In this document: positions 63,851 to 64,000 of the stretch, in pieces
Layout of the letters: each line of letters opens with the position of its first letter
Numbering within the stretch: position 1 is the stretch's first letter
The notes under the pieces: model-generated
Databases searched by the model: none
What the model saw: the letters and a program-made list of their open reading frames with translations, nothing else
What the model was told of the DNA's origin: nothing
Made by a program: the position numbers and the translations under genes
DNA from: Octopus bimaculoides
Lineage: Eukaryota
Direction: 5' to 3'
Length of the DNA: 64,000 nt
NCBI RefSeq assembly: GCF_001194135.2
Contig: NC_068988.1
Span: 37,922,824 to 37,986,823 of the forward strand

Positions 63851-64000
63851 ATATACAAGAATAAGGGCAGGGAATCGTCAATTAGTAATAGAATTAATAA
63901 TTAACAATTTTGCCAAGTAGTTCAGTATGAAAAAAACCTTTATCCGTAAAATCATTTATCATCGTAAATATACAGGGATTAGCATTGAGTTGCTTCTCCA

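Overview
AT-rich, microsatellite-dense eukaryotic (animal) genomic DNA from a gapped short-read assembly, with many N runs. The repeat landscape (tRNA-head SINEs with internal microsatellites, abundant RTE and Dong/R4 LINE debris, TTAA-targeting MITEs) looks molluscan and most likely cephalopod (Octopus-like). This taxon call comes from recalled repeat families, not from a search. No complete host protein-coding gene could be recognised. Nearly every long ORF in the track is an N-gap artefact, a microsatellite read-through or a decayed transposon ORF. Recognisable mobile DNA covers several LINE clades (RTE, RTE/BovB-type, Dong/R4, CR1/L2 and a CRE-type RLE fragment) and several DNA-transposon groups (maT/DD37D, Tigger/pogo, Merlin, mariner MITEs, hAT-Charlie-like, piggyBac-like MITEs, a Helentron-like HINE). 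It also includes a Penelope-like repeat and a 1.1-kb solo LTR with intact promoter and polyA motifs. The best structural finds are the solo LTR, whose empty target site is preserved in a paralogous repeat within the window; Merlin-type mini-hairpin elements near a Merlin transposase fossil; three-level nested insertions; two near-perfect long palindromes; and CpG-rich versus CpG-poor domains that hint at hidden gene bodies, with a few candidate small exons. Boundaries without a stated TSD are approximate.
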